Part shown: positions 1 through 12,912 of the stretch, piece after piece | Layout of the letters: every line of letters starts with the position of its first letter | Numbering within the stretch: the first letter of the stretch is position 1 | The notes under the pieces: model-generated | What the model saw: only the letters and a program-made list of their open reading frames with translations | Told to the model about the DNA's origin: nothing | Databases searched by the model: none | DNA from: Octopus sinensis | Lineage: Eukaryota | DNA: 64,000 nt | Reading direction: 5' to 3' | NCBI RefSeq assembly: GCF_006345805.1 | Contig: NC_042997.1 | Span: 42,780,001-42,844,000 of the forward strand | Made by a program: the position numbers and the translations under genes

Positions 1-1114
1 ACATTAATATTTCACTTCTATTTGTGGGAGTTTACCAAGGCTGCTGACTGTGGAGAACACTCAGCATCATAAGAAAGTAGCATCTCTAACCATGAACTGT
101 TCATTTTACTGCCATATTGCATGATACTACAGCCAGATGACCAAACACTTTGTCTATGTTTATGGTTCAATGAAATCATGTTATTGTAAATATTATACTG
201 ATACAGAGCTTGTGTGTGTGTAAAAGACTTTTGTCCAATGTCCTCAAATCTGGGCCATCTTTTCTGCTCCCCCTCCCACGCTTTGTTGGCTTTGAATTGT
301 CATCGACACTTCTGCAACTTTGCTTTTTTCAAAGTAGGGGCTTCAAAAAAAAAAAACAAAACATTTTACTCTCTGGGAAGAGGTGGTCTACCTACATTAG
401 TCTGGCCCCTATCCATTGAGTTATCCAGCACGAGAAGCCCTTTATTCTCCACTGGCAGAGTTCTAAGGGTCATTGAGGTACACAAGCCACCACACAGCAA
501 TAGGTATGGGACCTCGTGGTGGTTTGTGAAGCATAATATAATGAAAAGAGAAAGGGATCAGCTCTTCAATTAATCTTAAAACTATTGTGGTCATCATTAA
601 GAAGTTATTCACAATAAGAAAGACAAAAATTAATATTTCATATTACACATGCCCTTAGCCCATCCCTATATAGATAACATCAAGTAAATGGATGTTTATT
701 GGTTTCCACAATGAATATTCAGTTGTTCAGTCAACTCAATTGCCTGCTCATTGAATGTGTATGGCTGATAGCATCATCTGTGCACTGCAAGCATACAATA
801 CATCATGATGACAATGATGGCTGATGATTCCATAAACACGTGTGCTCTTAATGTAATTCTCAGGTAGATTCAGCTAGAAATAGTGTAACAGAGATGGACA
901 TTCTAGTTACAAATAAATCCATCTGTAGAGCATCCACACAGTTTGTGTTTATCCAATTTCGTTCATAAAAAGTTGGGTTAACACAAGGTTATAAAAAAAA
1001 AGATGCTTACTCCAGAAGCCATGCAGTGGGATTGGGCCTAGGATCAGATGTTTGCAAAGGGAACCTGTTAAGTATTTGGTCATGCTGCATCCATAATGTT
1101 GTTACTTAGAAGTG

Positions 1115-1497
1115 TGGAGGCGCAATGGCCCAGTGGTTAGGGCAGCGGACTCGCGATCGTGGGATCGCGGTTTCGATTCCCAGACCGGGCATTGTGAGTG
1201 TTTATTGAGCGAAAACACCTAAAGCTTCACGAGGCTCCTGCAGGGGGGGGGGGGAACCCTGCTGTACTCTTTCACCACGACTTTCACTCACTCTTACTTC
1301 CTGTTTCTGTTGTACCTGTATTTCAAAGGACCGGCCTTGTCACTCTCTGTGTTACGCTGAATATCCCCGAGAACTGCGTTAAGGGTACACGTGTCTGTGG
1401 AGTGCTCAGCCACTTACACGTTAATTTCACGAGCAGGCTGTTCCGTTGATTCGGATCAACCGGAACCCTCGTCGTCGCAACCGACGGAGTGCTTCCA
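1115..1497 (+). mobile_element. tRNA-headed SINE family A, full length
   Basis: A box TGGCCCAGTGG and B box GGTTTCGATTCC; ends GTGCTTCCA; TSD ACTTAGAAGTG (1104-1114/1502-1512); 9 near-identical copies in window. Confidence 0.92.
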
Positions 1498-2250
1498 ATA
1501 AACTTAGAAGTGGAATTGTATGATGATGCAATTAATAAGCTAGGCTACCCAAGAAAATTAAATTATGTATACATGTGTTAGGGTTTACTGGTAGACTTTA
1601 TCTTCGTGTATTGATGGTAAGTTAAGTCTTGGTTAATTCTTCTTCAAGCTGTTTGACAGTGGTCAAATTTCCAGGCATGACAAAGCATAATGGATCCAAC
1701 AAGGAATAGAATCCAAAATAATACCACCAATCAGCAGTACTTATATTGACTTAAATTTATATTTCACCAAAACTCATTACTCTAGAGAAAAAGAAATAAT
1801 TTCTTCCAGTAATTTCATGAACATTGCTCTTAAATCAAACTGTGTTATTTTTTTTCTCTAACAGGATATACATTTTTAATCCATCTGTTGAATTATATAT
1901 AAAGTAGAATTTCAAATTATAATTGCTAATTAGTTAAATAAATTTTATTATGCTTGTCACTAAAATGGTACTATTTCTATTTGGTATATATTAGATAGCT
2001 CAGTATATTTATCTGCAGACAACTGTAAACATTTTTTCAAAGAATTGTTAATAATAAAACTCAAATGACTGGTAGTTTAATAAATTCATACATTACAGAG
2101 AACTTGGGCTAATTACAACCATATTGGAATGGTGATAATTAAGTTAATAACAGATGTAATAGATTTAGTCATTGCAGGGCACTAAATTCACCTCCAATTT
2201 ATGAGAGGAAAAAATGTCACAGCTTACATTATATAAATACATATCCCTCC

Positions 2251-2590
2251 GTGGAGGCGCAATGGCCCAGTGGTTAGGGCAGCGGACTCGCAATCGTGGG
2301 ATCGCGGTTTTGATTCCCAGACCGGGCGTTGTGAGTGTTTATTGAGCGAAAACACCTAAAGCTCCACGAGGCTCCGGCAGGGATGGTGGTGATCCCTGCT
2401 GTACTCTTTCACCACAACTTTCTCTCACTCTTACTTCCTGTTTCTGTTGTACCTGTATTTCAAAGGGCCGGCCTTGTCACGCTGAATATCCCCCGAGAAC
2501 TACGTTAAGGGTACACGTGTCTGTGGAGTGCTCAGCCACTTACACGTCAACCGGAACCCTCGTCATCGTAACCGACAGAGTGCTTCCACC
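2251..2590 (+). mobile_element. SINE family A with two internal deletions
   Basis: Same head and tail as 1115-1497; TSD ACATATCCCTCC (2239-2250/2591-2602). Confidence 0.92.
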
Positions 2591-2898
2591 ACATATCCCT
2601 CCTTTAGTCTTACACGTAGTTAAATTAATGATTTATGAAGAAATTCATCCAACTAAAAAATCAGTTTGTCATGAAGGGATTGAATTGTAATATGTCCTAA
2701 AAGCTCTTAATTGAATTATTAAAATATTGTGGAGCAAAGAGCAATAATAATTGTTTACGTTTGAAGATGTTGGTAATGTTTTCATATCCAGTACAATGTG
2801 ATACTAATGAGTGATTTAGAGCCAGTTCAGAAGTCTTTACAGGTGGGTTTCTTTACATCTGTTTATTCATGTTTTTTAATAATACAAAATGACAAGAC

Positions 2899-2937
2899 AC
2901 TGATGTAGGTTGCATCTACAGAAAGTGTATGTTAGTA

Positions 2938-2991
<54 letters not shown>

Positions 2992-3030
2992 TACTTACAT
3001 ACACTTTCTGTAGATGCAACCTACATCAGT
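2899..3030. repeat. Near-perfect palindrome centred on (TA)n
   Basis: ACTGATGTAGGTTGCATCTACAGAAAGTGTATG... mirrored by ...CATACACTTTCTGTAGATGCAACCTACATCAGT, 1 mismatch. Confidence 0.9.
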
Positions 3031-3470
3031 AAAAAGCACTATCCGAACGTGGCCGATGCCAGTGCCGCCCCGACTGGCTTCTGTGCCGGTGGCACATAAA
3101 AAGCACCATCCGAACGTGGCCGATGCCAGCACCGCCCCGACTGGCTCCTGTGCCGGTGGCACATAAAAAGACCATCCGAACGTTGCCAGCCCCGCCTTGG
3201 CTGGCTCCTGTGCCGCTGACACGTCAAAAGCTCCAACCGATCGTGACCAATGCCAGACCCCCCCCTGGCACCTGTGCAGGTGACATGTAAAAAGCACCCA
3301 CTACACTCGCGGAGTGGTTGGAGTTAGGAAAGGCATCCAGCCGTAGAAACTCTGCTAGATCAGACTGGAGCCTGGAGCAGCCCCTGGCTTCCCAGGCCCC
3401 GGTCGAACCGTTCAACCCATGCTAGCGTGGAAAATGGACGTTAAACCATGATGATGATGATGATGATGAT
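3031..3470 (+). mobile_element. RTE LINE 3' UTR/tail fragment (5'-truncated), about 4 tandem ~60-nt units
   Basis: Units GTGCCGGTGGCAC(A/G)TAAAAAGCACC, then GGAGTGGTTGG..AGGAAAGGCATCCAGCCGTAG and (GAT)n tail; same tail follows RTE ORF ends at 9075, 10360 and 18706. Confidence 0.85.
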
Positions 3471-3479
3471 ATTATCAAA

Positions 3480-3725
3480 CATGCTCAATGTATGTGCTTT
3501 GTTCACCAGTAGGCTGCGATTTGGTGTGGTGGAAATGACTCCATCAAAGCACCAGTGTCAAGACACCTAAAATTCCATTGAAGAGCAACGGACGATGGGC
3601 ATTGGGGTGTGTTGTCTTGCCTCTCTATGACTTACAGGTGTTTTAACATCTGGCACTATGATGAAGTCATCTCCACCATGTTAAATTGCAGCCTATTGGC
3701 AAACAAAGCACATACATTGAGTATG
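3480..3725. mobile_element. Unclassified MITE-like element
   Basis: 24-bp TIRs CATGCTCAATGTATGTGCTTTGTT / AACAAAGCACATACATTGAGTATG, 1 mismatch. Confidence 0.55.
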
Positions 3726-3773
3726 TGTGTTCAATAAACCTAACAACACTAGTGGCACTTCTAATTCACATTG

Positions 3774-3812
<39 letters not shown>

Positions 3813-5021
3813 TGTACTATTCTGTTAATGGTGGGATCAACAAAAAAAAAAAGAAAGAAGAAAAGTAAAGTACTTCAATCATCAAGAGAAAAGCATTTAA
3901 TATACACAGGACATAAATGCAAGCTACTATGTTTCATGCTTCTGATAGCACAGTAATGAAACAAGCTTGTGTAGCATGCTGTGTACAACTGTGCAGTCTT
4001 TCAGGTTCAAAGTACAACATGGCTGTTCTCTGAGAAAATGTGTGAAAGAATGAAACAAAAAAGTAAATAGAAAAAGAAAACAAGAAAAAAAAAAGGCCAT
4101 GGAACTAAGAGAGGTAGGAGTTGCGCTCTCTTTGGCCCATTGAAACGGGAATTAACAATGGTTGATATAGTTTAAATTTTTGTGAGACTGTAATGCTTAA
4201 TCTAGAGAGGGTGGTGGACTCCAGTTTGATAATAGAAACACACACACACCACACACACACACACACGTTTTTATATGACATTTACAAAATAAATACATTT
4301 AATCAAAATACACAAAATAAATGAGGTAATTTTACCAAAAATGGTCTAATGAAGAAAATATTCTTTCTTTCCACTGTACAAAGATTCATATTTATCCTAC
4401 AGATAAATATAAATCTCTGTACAGTGAAATAAATCTATAAATAAAGCTAAATCCAAAGGCCATACAGACACAAAGTTGGTACATAGCCTTAGATTCAACA
4501 TGAATTTGATAAGAGATAAGTATTTTCCTGGATAGAATAGGATGTGACTCTGTTGCAAGCAAGATTGCCAGATCTCGTATCTATTCTTATATCTTCTTTT
4601 ATAATCCAAACTCTACACAGCAAACATGAAAACAATAAAGTGAACTCTCAAACATTTATTTAGTTGAATATCCTGATTATTTTAGTTGAATATTATAATT
4701 GTAGATGTGGCTGTGTGGTAAGAAGTTTGCTTCCCAACCACAGGGTTCCAAGTTCAGTCCTACCAAGTGGCACTTTGGGGAAGTGTCTTCTACTATAGCC
4801 CCAGGTTGACCACAGCCTTGTAATGGATTTGGTAGATGGAAACTGAAAGATTCTTGATGCATATGTGTATGTGCATGTATATATGCATATCTGCATGTTT
4901 GTTACTTTGACATTGTGTGACGGTTGTAAATGAGGGTCACTATCATGCAAAACAATGTCCTTCATTTCCAATTCTCAGTGAGAACATGTCTGGTTATGGA
5001 GAATGAATCTTTTTTTTTATT

Positions 5022-5311
5022 CATCCTCATCATCATCATCGTTTAACATCCGTTTTCCGTGCTAACACGGGTTGAACGGTTCAACCGGGGTTTGGGAAGC
5101 CAGGAGGCTGCACTAGGCTCCAGTCTGATCTGGCAGTGTTTCTACATCTGGATGCCCTTCCTAACGTGAACCACTCTGTGAGTGTAGTGGGTGCTTTTTA
5201 CATGCCACTGGCACAGGTGCCAGGGTAGGCTGGCAGGGGCCATGATCGGTTGGTGCTTTTTACGTGCCACCGGCACAGAAGCCAGTCAAGGCGGTGCTGG
5301 CATCGACCATG
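5022..5311 (-). mobile_element. RTE 3' tail fragment
   Basis: (ATC)n, CTGGATGCCCTTCCTAAC and two tandem units. Confidence 0.85.
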
Positions 5312-5600
5312 TATATTATTTATATTTTTTATTCATAGGTGCATGTGTGGCTGTGTTAAGAAATTGCTTCCTAACTATCTGGTTCCAGGTTCAGTCCCAC
5401 TGCAAAATAATAATAAAAAAATAATAAAAGCCAAATATATACGTTTTTATTATTATTTTGCAATTTACTTAATCATCGGTATATTATTGTTATTTTATTT
5501 TATTTTATATTTCTATTATATGTAATTTTCTAGATGGACAAATGTCTTCAACTGAAATTTTGTGAATGGATTCAGTAAACAGAAATTGAAAGAAGCCCGT

Positions 5601-5813
5601 CATCATCATCCTCATTTAACATTTGTTGTCTATGCTGGTATGGGTTGCATGGTTTGACCAGAACTGGTAAACTGGAGAGCTGCACTTGGTCCCAGTCTGA
5701 TCTGGCATGGTTTCTACCACTGGATGCCCTTTCTAATGCCAACCACTTTACAGAGTGTGCTGGGTGCTTTTGCATGGCACTGGTATGAGTGCTTTTTTAG
5801 ACAGCACCAGCAC
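5601..5813 (-). mobile_element. RTE 3' tail fragment, degenerate
   Basis: (ATC)n and CTGGATGCCCTTTCTAATGCCAACCAC. Confidence 0.75.
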
Positions 5814-6249
5814 AGGGCTCTTGCAGCCCAATTGTCTTCACCAGGGGAAGCAGCCTTATTGCTTCTGCTGTGGGGGTAATGTGTCTCTTTCTGTCTGCAT
5901 TTACTCTCCACCACCGCTTGACAACCAGTGTTGGTGTGTTTATGTCCTCATAACTTTGCTGTTCAGTAAAAGAGAGCTGATGAATAAGTACCAGACTTTA
6001 AAAAAATAAGTGCTGGAGTTGATTCTTCAAGGTGGCACTCCAGCATGGCCACAGCTTAATGACTGAAACAAATAAAAGATAAAAGATATTTGTTTTCAAT
6101 TATCTGCTGAAGGTGGTGTGTAAATAAAACAAGAAGCCATTAAGGAATCAAGTGTAAAACCTGGTTTCATCTCTTAATTACAAATAATTTCCCTTCATTT
6201 ATAATAACACTAATGCTCTTTAGAATGGTAAGATCGTCTCATTCACACT

Positions 6250-6471
6250 CTCTTTACTCTTTTACTTGTTTCAGTCATTTGACTGTGGCCATGCTGGAGC
6301 ACCGCCTTTAGTCGAGCAAATCGACCCCCAGGACTTATTCTTTGTAAGCCTAGTACTTATTCTATTGGTCTCTTTTGCCGAACCGCTAAGTTACGGGGAC
6401 GTAAACACACCAGTATCAGTTGTCAAGCGATGTCGGAGGAGGGAGAAACAAACACAGATACACAAACATAT

Positions 6472-6515
<44 letters not shown>

Positions 6516-6676
6516 GATGGGCTTCTCTCAGTTTCTGTCTACCAAATCCACTCACAAGGCTTTGGTCGGCCCGAGGCTATAGTAAAATACACTTGCCTAA
6601 AACGCCACGCAGTGGGACTGAACCCGGAACCATGTGGTTTGTAAGTAAGCTACTTACTACACAGTCACTCCTACAT
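6250..6676 (-). mobile_element. tRNA-headed CORE-like SINE family B
   Basis: Head rc of GGAGTGGCTGTGTGGTAAG..GGTTCAGTCCC; internal (TA)n(TG)n; tail GTAAAAGAG repeats. Confidence 0.88.
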
Positions 6677-6759
6677 TTGTAAAAAAAAAAAAAATTTAAC
6701 CCTGAGCATCGTTAAATGAAATAATTTATGAGGATTCGAAACAACATTCTGTTATTTTG

Positions 6760-7152
6760 TTACTTGTTTCAGTCATGCTGGAGCACCACCACAAAGAGTT
6801 TTAATCAAATCAATCTCAGGACTTCTTTTTTGTAAGCCTAGTACTTATTCTATCAGTCTCTTTTGCCGAACCGCTAAGTTATGGGGGACATAAATACAAC
6901 ACTGGTAGTCAAGCGACAGCGGGGGTACAAAGGTACAAACACAAGCACACACATATCTATGTATGTATACACACACACACACACGCACACAACAGGCTTC
7001 TTTCAGTTTCCATCAACCAAATCCACTCACAAGGCTTTGGTTAGCCTGAGGCTATAGTAAGAGACACTTAACCAAGGTGCCGTGCAGTGAGACTGAACCC
7101 AGAACCATGTGATTGGGAAGTAAGCTTCTTATCACACAGCCATGCCTACACC
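6760..7152 (-). mobile_element. SINE family B, older copy
   Basis: Diverged but colinear with 6250-6676. Confidence 0.75.
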
Positions 7153-7156
7153 TATT

Positions 7157-7548
7157 TTACTCTTTTACTCTTTTACTTGTTTCAGTCATTTGACTGCGGC
7201 CATGCTGGAGCACCGCCTTTAGTCGAGCAAATCGACCCCGGGACTTATTCTTTGTAAGCCCAGTACTTATTCTATCGGTCTCTTTTGCCGAACCGCTAAG
7301 TGACGGGGACGTAAACACACCAGCATCGGTTGTCAAGCAATGCTAGGAGGACAAACACAGACACACAAACACATATACATATATACGACAGGCTTCTTTC
7401 AGTTTCCGTCTACCAAATCCACTCACAAGGCATTGGTTGGCCCGGGGCTATAGCAGAAGACACTTGCCCAAGATGCCACGCAGTGGGACTGAACCCGGAA
7501 CCATGTGGTTGGTTAGCAAGCTACTTACCACACAGCCATGCCTACACC
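7157..7548 (-). mobile_element. SINE family B
   Basis: Near-identical to 28299-28685; directly adjacent to the previous copy. Confidence 0.9.
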
Positions 7549-7924
7549 TTTTGTAAGTTTTTTAAAAAGAAATAAAATTTGCTTATACTGTCTTGATTGT
7601 TATGTAATTAACTTTCTGTGTAATTTGCAACATTGCTCTAACTTGTCAGACAGCCGCCCACATGTAAATGTTTGCAAACTTGATTAGGAAAGTATACAAT
7701 ACAAATTTCCTGTCTGCACAGGTCACTGAAGAAGACTAAAAGATGTGTGACTGCATAATGCAAACTGCTTATTGGCAACAGCTGGGCATTGACATCTTCA
7801 AATCTTTCCACAACCAGCAACTATGCACTCACTGACACTGAAAAGCACAAAATGATTCTGTTTTCTTGCCCTGCAAATTAAACAGATTGGTAAAGAAACG
7901 AAATCTTTAACTTTTAACATATCT

Positions 7925-8169
7925 TTTATTATCTTTTACTTGTTTCAACTGGACTGTGGCTATGTTGGGACACTGCCTTGAAGGATTTTGTCAAAACAAA
8001 CCCAGGACGTTATTTTTTAAAGCCTGGTACCTATTCTACAGGTCTTTTTTGCCAAGCCACTAAGTTATGGGAATATGAACAAACCAACACTGGTTGTCAA
8101 GCAATAGTGGGAGACAAACACAACACAAAAACACACACACACACACATAGACATATATATATGTATATA

Positions 8170-8244
<75 letters not shown>

Positions 8245-8255
8245 GTATATATATA

Positions 8256-8303
<48 letters not shown>

Positions 8304-8511
8304 TTATATATAAAAATACATACATATGTATGTGTATACACATTCATGTATGTATATATAAACATATATGACAGGTTATTTTGCAGTTTCTGTCTACCAA
8401 ATCCACTCACAAGGCTTTGGTTGGCCATGAGCTACAGAAGACACTTGCCCAAGGTGTTGCACAGTGGAACTGAACTAAAGCAAGCTTCTCAACCACACAA
8501 CCAAGCCTGCA
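7925..8511 (-). mobile_element. SINE family B, old copy with expanded (TA)n middle
   Basis: Family B head and tail flank about 200 bp of TA microsatellite. Confidence 0.75.
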
Positions 8512-9074
8512 CTTAGGCTTAGATTTTTTAAAAATATGTGAATATATTTCAGTATAATAAATATACATAAATAGTGTTATGCAAAATCCTTCAAGCCAAA
8601 AGATATCTCCTGGGAGTGAGTGTTTATCTGCAGTTTTATAACATGAAGTAGATAAGAGATAATTCTCAGCCTGGAGAGGATGATAGGTCTATAACAAATA
8701 TCATTCCCAGTTTATCCCACTCCTATTCTCAATAACTGGGTGACCTGAAGCAATTTAGAATAAAGATCTCTGCCAAGAAACCACTATGAAATGCCTGTAG
8801 CAGGTTTAAACTGCTTCCTGGTGTGAGCAAATATATCCATAGTTTATCCATTCAGTCATTTAATTATTTAAAACAGGTATGGACAACTTTTTCAAAAAGT
8901 AGCACCACTAAAAGATTGAAGTAATTTTTCGTGAAGCATGTCACTTTATGCAAAACGAGAAACACATGCTTGCTTGATTCAAATATAGATTCTCTTTCAA
9001 TGATGAAAATTTCTTTAAGTTTTTCATTATTTTTAAGTTAGATCCAATTTTCTATTGCGAGGTTTTAAGCATGA

Positions 9075-9520
9075 AAGAAAACTGCGCTGGTATGGTCATA
9101 TGATGCGTATGGACAAGGACAGCTATAAAAAGAAGTGCCAATAACTAATTGTGGAAATAATCTGTGGAAGAGGGAGATCCAGGAAGATGTGGGACAAGGT
9201 GCTGAAAGGTGACCTTTGGATGTTGAGTCTCATGGAAGACAATGACAAGGGACTGAAACTTTGGACAAATTGCTGTGCTTGAGAAGACACGTCAAGTTAA
9301 GTGAAATCATGGTAATGGCCAGTACCAGTGACACATGGAAGGTACCCAATACACTCTGAGGAGTGGCTGGCATTAGGAAGGGCATTCAGCTATAGAAACC
9401 AAGCCAAAACAGACTGGAGCCTGGGGCAGCTCTCTGGCTTGCCATCTCCAATCAAACCATCTAACCCATGCCGGCATGGAAAGCGGACATTAAATAATGA
9501 TGATGATGATGATGGTGATA
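9075..9520 (+). mobile_element. RTE LINE 3' end (ORF C-terminus and tail), decayed
   Basis: Translates RKLRWYGHMMRMDKDS..GRGRSRKMWDKVLK, then the RTE tail and (GAT)n. Confidence 0.85.
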
Positions 9521-9545
9521 ATGAAAAGAATGATACACATGCATT

Positions 9546-10042
9546 CATCATCATCATCATCATCATCATCATTTAGCGTCTGCTTTCCATGCTAGCATGG
9601 GTTGGACGGTTCAACTGGGGTCTGTGAAGCCAGAAGGCTGCATCAGGCCCAGTCTGATCTGGCAGTGTTTCTATGGCTGGATGCCCTTCCTAACGCCAAC
9701 CACTCTGTGAGTGTAGTGGGTGCTTTTTACGTGCCACCCGCACAGGTGCCAGACGGAGCTGGCAAACAGCCACGGACGGATGGTGCTTTTTATGTGCCAC
9801 CGGCACGGGGGCCAGGCGAGGCTGGCAACGGCCATGATCGGATGGTGCTTTTTACGTGCCACCGGCACGGGGGCCAGGCGAGACTGGCAACGGCCACGAA
9901 TGGATGGTGCTATGTGCCACCGGCACGGGGGCCTGGCGAGGCTGGCAACGGCCACGAATGGATGGAGCTTTTATGTGCCACCGGCATGGGGGCCAGTCGA
10001 GGCTGGCAACGGCCACGAATGGATGGTGCTTTTTACGTGCCA
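9546..10042 (-). mobile_element. RTE 3' tail with about 6 tandem ~60-nt units
   Basis: Tail-to-tail with 9075-9520; repeated GGATGGTGCTTTTTACGTGCCACCGGCAC. Confidence 0.88.
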
Positions 10043-10356
10043 GTCGGGGCATGGTATGGACTACACAGACACACATGTTAGTAACATATCTTTTGATGGA
10101 TTCTCAAAATGGCTGCTCGTTCTGAGAGAAATAAAAGCTAGATCTTTCTCAAATCATCTGCAGCAGTCATTTAAAAAACAAAGGAGGTGACATACTAGCT
10201 AGTGTAGTATTAGTTACCCTGCAAAAGAGACTAGATGGTCACAGCTGGAATGGCTAAGTGCAGGATATGTGCAATCAGGGACTGATCAGGAACTAAACAA
10301 CATCTTAGAAATAATTTAGGATAATATGCTGGAACATATATAAAAATATCAACTTG

Positions 10357-10359
<3 letters not shown>

Positions 10360-10390
<31 letters not shown>

Positions 10391-11374
10391 TTAGCGTCCG
10401 CTTTCCATGCTAGCATGGGTTGGATGGTGCAACTGGGGTCTGGGAAGCCAGAAGGCTGCACCAGGCCCAGTTTGATCTGGTAATGTTTCTACGGCTGGAT
10501 GCCCTTCCTAACGCCAACCACTCCATGAGTGTAGTGGGTGCTTTTTACGTGGCACCGGCACAGGTGCCAGACGAGTCTGGCAAACGGCCACGATCGGATG
10601 GTGTTTTTTATGTGCCACCGGCACGGGGGCCAGGCGAGGCTGGCAATGGCCACGAATGGATGGAGCTTTTATGTGCCACCGGCACGGGGGCCAGGCGAGA
10701 CTGGCAACGGCCACGAATGGATGGTGCTTTTTACGTGCCACCGGCACGAGGCCAGTCGTGGCGGCGCTGGTAACGGCCACGTTTGGATGGTTCTCTTACG
10801 TGCCACCGGCACTGGTAACTCAGCTGCAATTTCCATTGATCGATTTCGATTCTGATTCTGATTCTCACTTGCCTCAACAGGTCTTCACAAGTAGAGTTTT
10901 GTGTCCCATGAAGGGAAGGTATGCATAAGTGGACTGGCTACATCCCGTGTAGAAAGCCACGGGTTATGGTCTTACTTGTCCTGCCGGGTCTTCTCATGCA
11001 CAGCATACTTCCAGAGGTCTCGGTCTCTAGTCATTTCCTCAGTGAGACCTAAAGTTCGAAGGTCGTGCTTCACCACCTCGTCCCAGGTTTTCTTGGGTCT
11101 GCCTCTTCCACAGGTTCCCTCAACTGCTAGGGTGTGGCACTTTTTCACACAACTATCTTCATCCATTCTCGCCACATGGCAATACCAGCACAAACGTCTC
11201 TCTTGCACACCACAACTGATGCTTCTTAAGTCCAACTTCTCTCTCAAGGTACTGACACTCTGTTGAGTATGAACACTGACATTACACATCCATCGGAGCA
11301 TACTGGCTTCATTTCTTGCGAGCTTACGCATATCCTCAGCAGTCACGGCCCATGTTTCACTGCCATGTAGCATG
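10360..11374 (-). mobile_element. RTE LINE 3' end: ORF C-terminus, 3' UTR tandem units, (GAT)n
   Basis: ORF 10972-11421 gives LHGSETW..LRWMC..ERRLCWYCHVARMDE..GRGRPKKTWDEVV, typical of an RTE ORF2 C-terminus. Confidence 0.92.
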
Positions 11375-11522
11375 TCAAAAATACAAAAAGTGCTGATTTG
11401 ACTAGAACTGGAAGTAGTCAATGAAATAACAAAATGTTACCAGAACAGAATCCATTCCAAAAGTTAAAAAAACAATGTATGAGATCCTATACCTTCTTTT
11501 ATATATGCTAGCAATGATGATG

Positions 11523-11790
11523 ATCATCATCATCATTTAGTATCTGTTGTCCATGCTGGTAAGCTGAGGGGCTGCACCAGATTTCATTCTGATTTGGCAT
11601 GGTGTCCACAGCTGGACGCCCTTCCTAACATGAACCACTTCAAGAGTATAATGGGTTCTTTTATGTGCCACCGGCATGGGAGCATGTTGCGTAACACCAG
11701 TATCTGCCAGTATCTGACTCGATGGATCTTCCTTCCAAAGCACAGCACATTGCCAAAGGTCTCAGTCATTTGTCATTGCCTCATATTGTT
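11523..11790 (-). mobile_element. RTE 3' fragment, degenerate
   Basis: GCTGGACGCCCTTCCTAAC, one unit and an ORF-end remnant. Confidence 0.7.
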
Positions 11791-11948
11791 AAATCATTGC
11801 AAAGAGTTGATGCAACATAAGCAGGATACAGACAAACCTTTAATGTCATGGTTGCCTTGTAAATTGAAAAACTAAATCATATGGCTTGGTAGAATCATTT
11901 CACAGATTACTGTAGCTGTGTAGTGAAATACATAATACATTTGCAAAA

Positions 11949-12333
11949 GTGGAGGCGCAATGGCCCAGTGGTTAGGGCAGCGGACTCGCGGTCGTAGGAT
12001 CGCGGTTTCGATTCCCAGACCGGGCGTTGTGAGTGTTTATTGAGTGAAAACACCTAAAGCTCCACGAGGCTCCAACAGGGGATGGTGGTGATCCCTGCTG
12101 TACTCTTTCACCACAACTTTCTCTCACTCTTACTTCCTGTTTCTGTTGTACCTGTATTTCAAAGGGCCGGCCTTGTCACTCTCTGTGTCACGCTGAATAT
12201 CCCCCGAGAACTACGTTAAGGGTACATGTGTCTGTGGAGTGCTCAGCCACTTACACGTTAATTTCACGAGCAGGCTGTTCCGTTGATCGGATCAACCGGA
12301 ACCCTCATCATCGTAACCGACGGAGTGCTTCCA
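11949..12333 (+). mobile_element. SINE family A
   Basis: TSD ACATTTGCAAAA (11937-11948/12333-12344). Confidence 0.93.
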
Positions 12334-12597
12334 CATTTGCAAAAACATCAGAAGCAAGTAAAACCAAAGAAATTAGTAAAACACTATCATGACACAAAAC
12401 TTTGAAATTTTAAAACTACGAACTACACAAGTCAAAACAAGAACTTACAGCTGCAGTTGAACGACTAAAATACCAATCAACATACAAAAACAAAATGTTG
12501 AATAGACTGTTTGGCAAAGACACCAAGCCAGCTTATTGTAGCTTAAAACATAAACAGCACAATCTCTGTAAAAAAACACCTCATCAACATTAGGAGC

Positions 12598-12646
<49 letters not shown>

Positions 12647-12674
12647 TATATATAGATAGATACACACACACACA

Positions 12675-12738
<64 letters not shown>

Positions 12739-12912
12739 CATATATATATATATAGATATATATATATATACATACATATATATATCTATATCTATATATC
12801 TATATACATATATATCTATATCTATATATATATATATATATACATACATATATACACACACATTGATAATAATAATATAATAATAATAATATAATAATAA
12901 TAATAATAATAA
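12598..12912. repeat. Compound microsatellite (TA)n/(TAGA)n/(TAA)n
   Basis: Directly visible. Confidence 0.95.

Noticed and set aside
214-573. 119-aa ORF and a minus-strand LLVLDN (pogo-like) snippet
   Set aside because: Single short motif with stops on both sides; not supportable.
1116-1190. tRNA genes at SINE heads
   Set aside because: A and B boxes are present, but they continue into SINE bodies with TSDs and have no complete acceptor stem.
7638-7872. Possible minus-strand exon (VERFEDVNAQLL..)
   Set aside because: No acceptor/donor pair gives an open frame and no family is recognisable.
7978-8428. Long ORFs such as [10 protein letters not shown] and repeated ORFs in SINE or RTE tails
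   Set aside because: Translations of microsatellites or multicopy repeats, with no coding signature.
9715-10042. CRISPR-like look of the ~60-nt repeats
   Set aside because: The whole unit repeats with no unique spacers, there are no cas genes, and it is part of an RTE 3' UTR in eukaryotic DNA.
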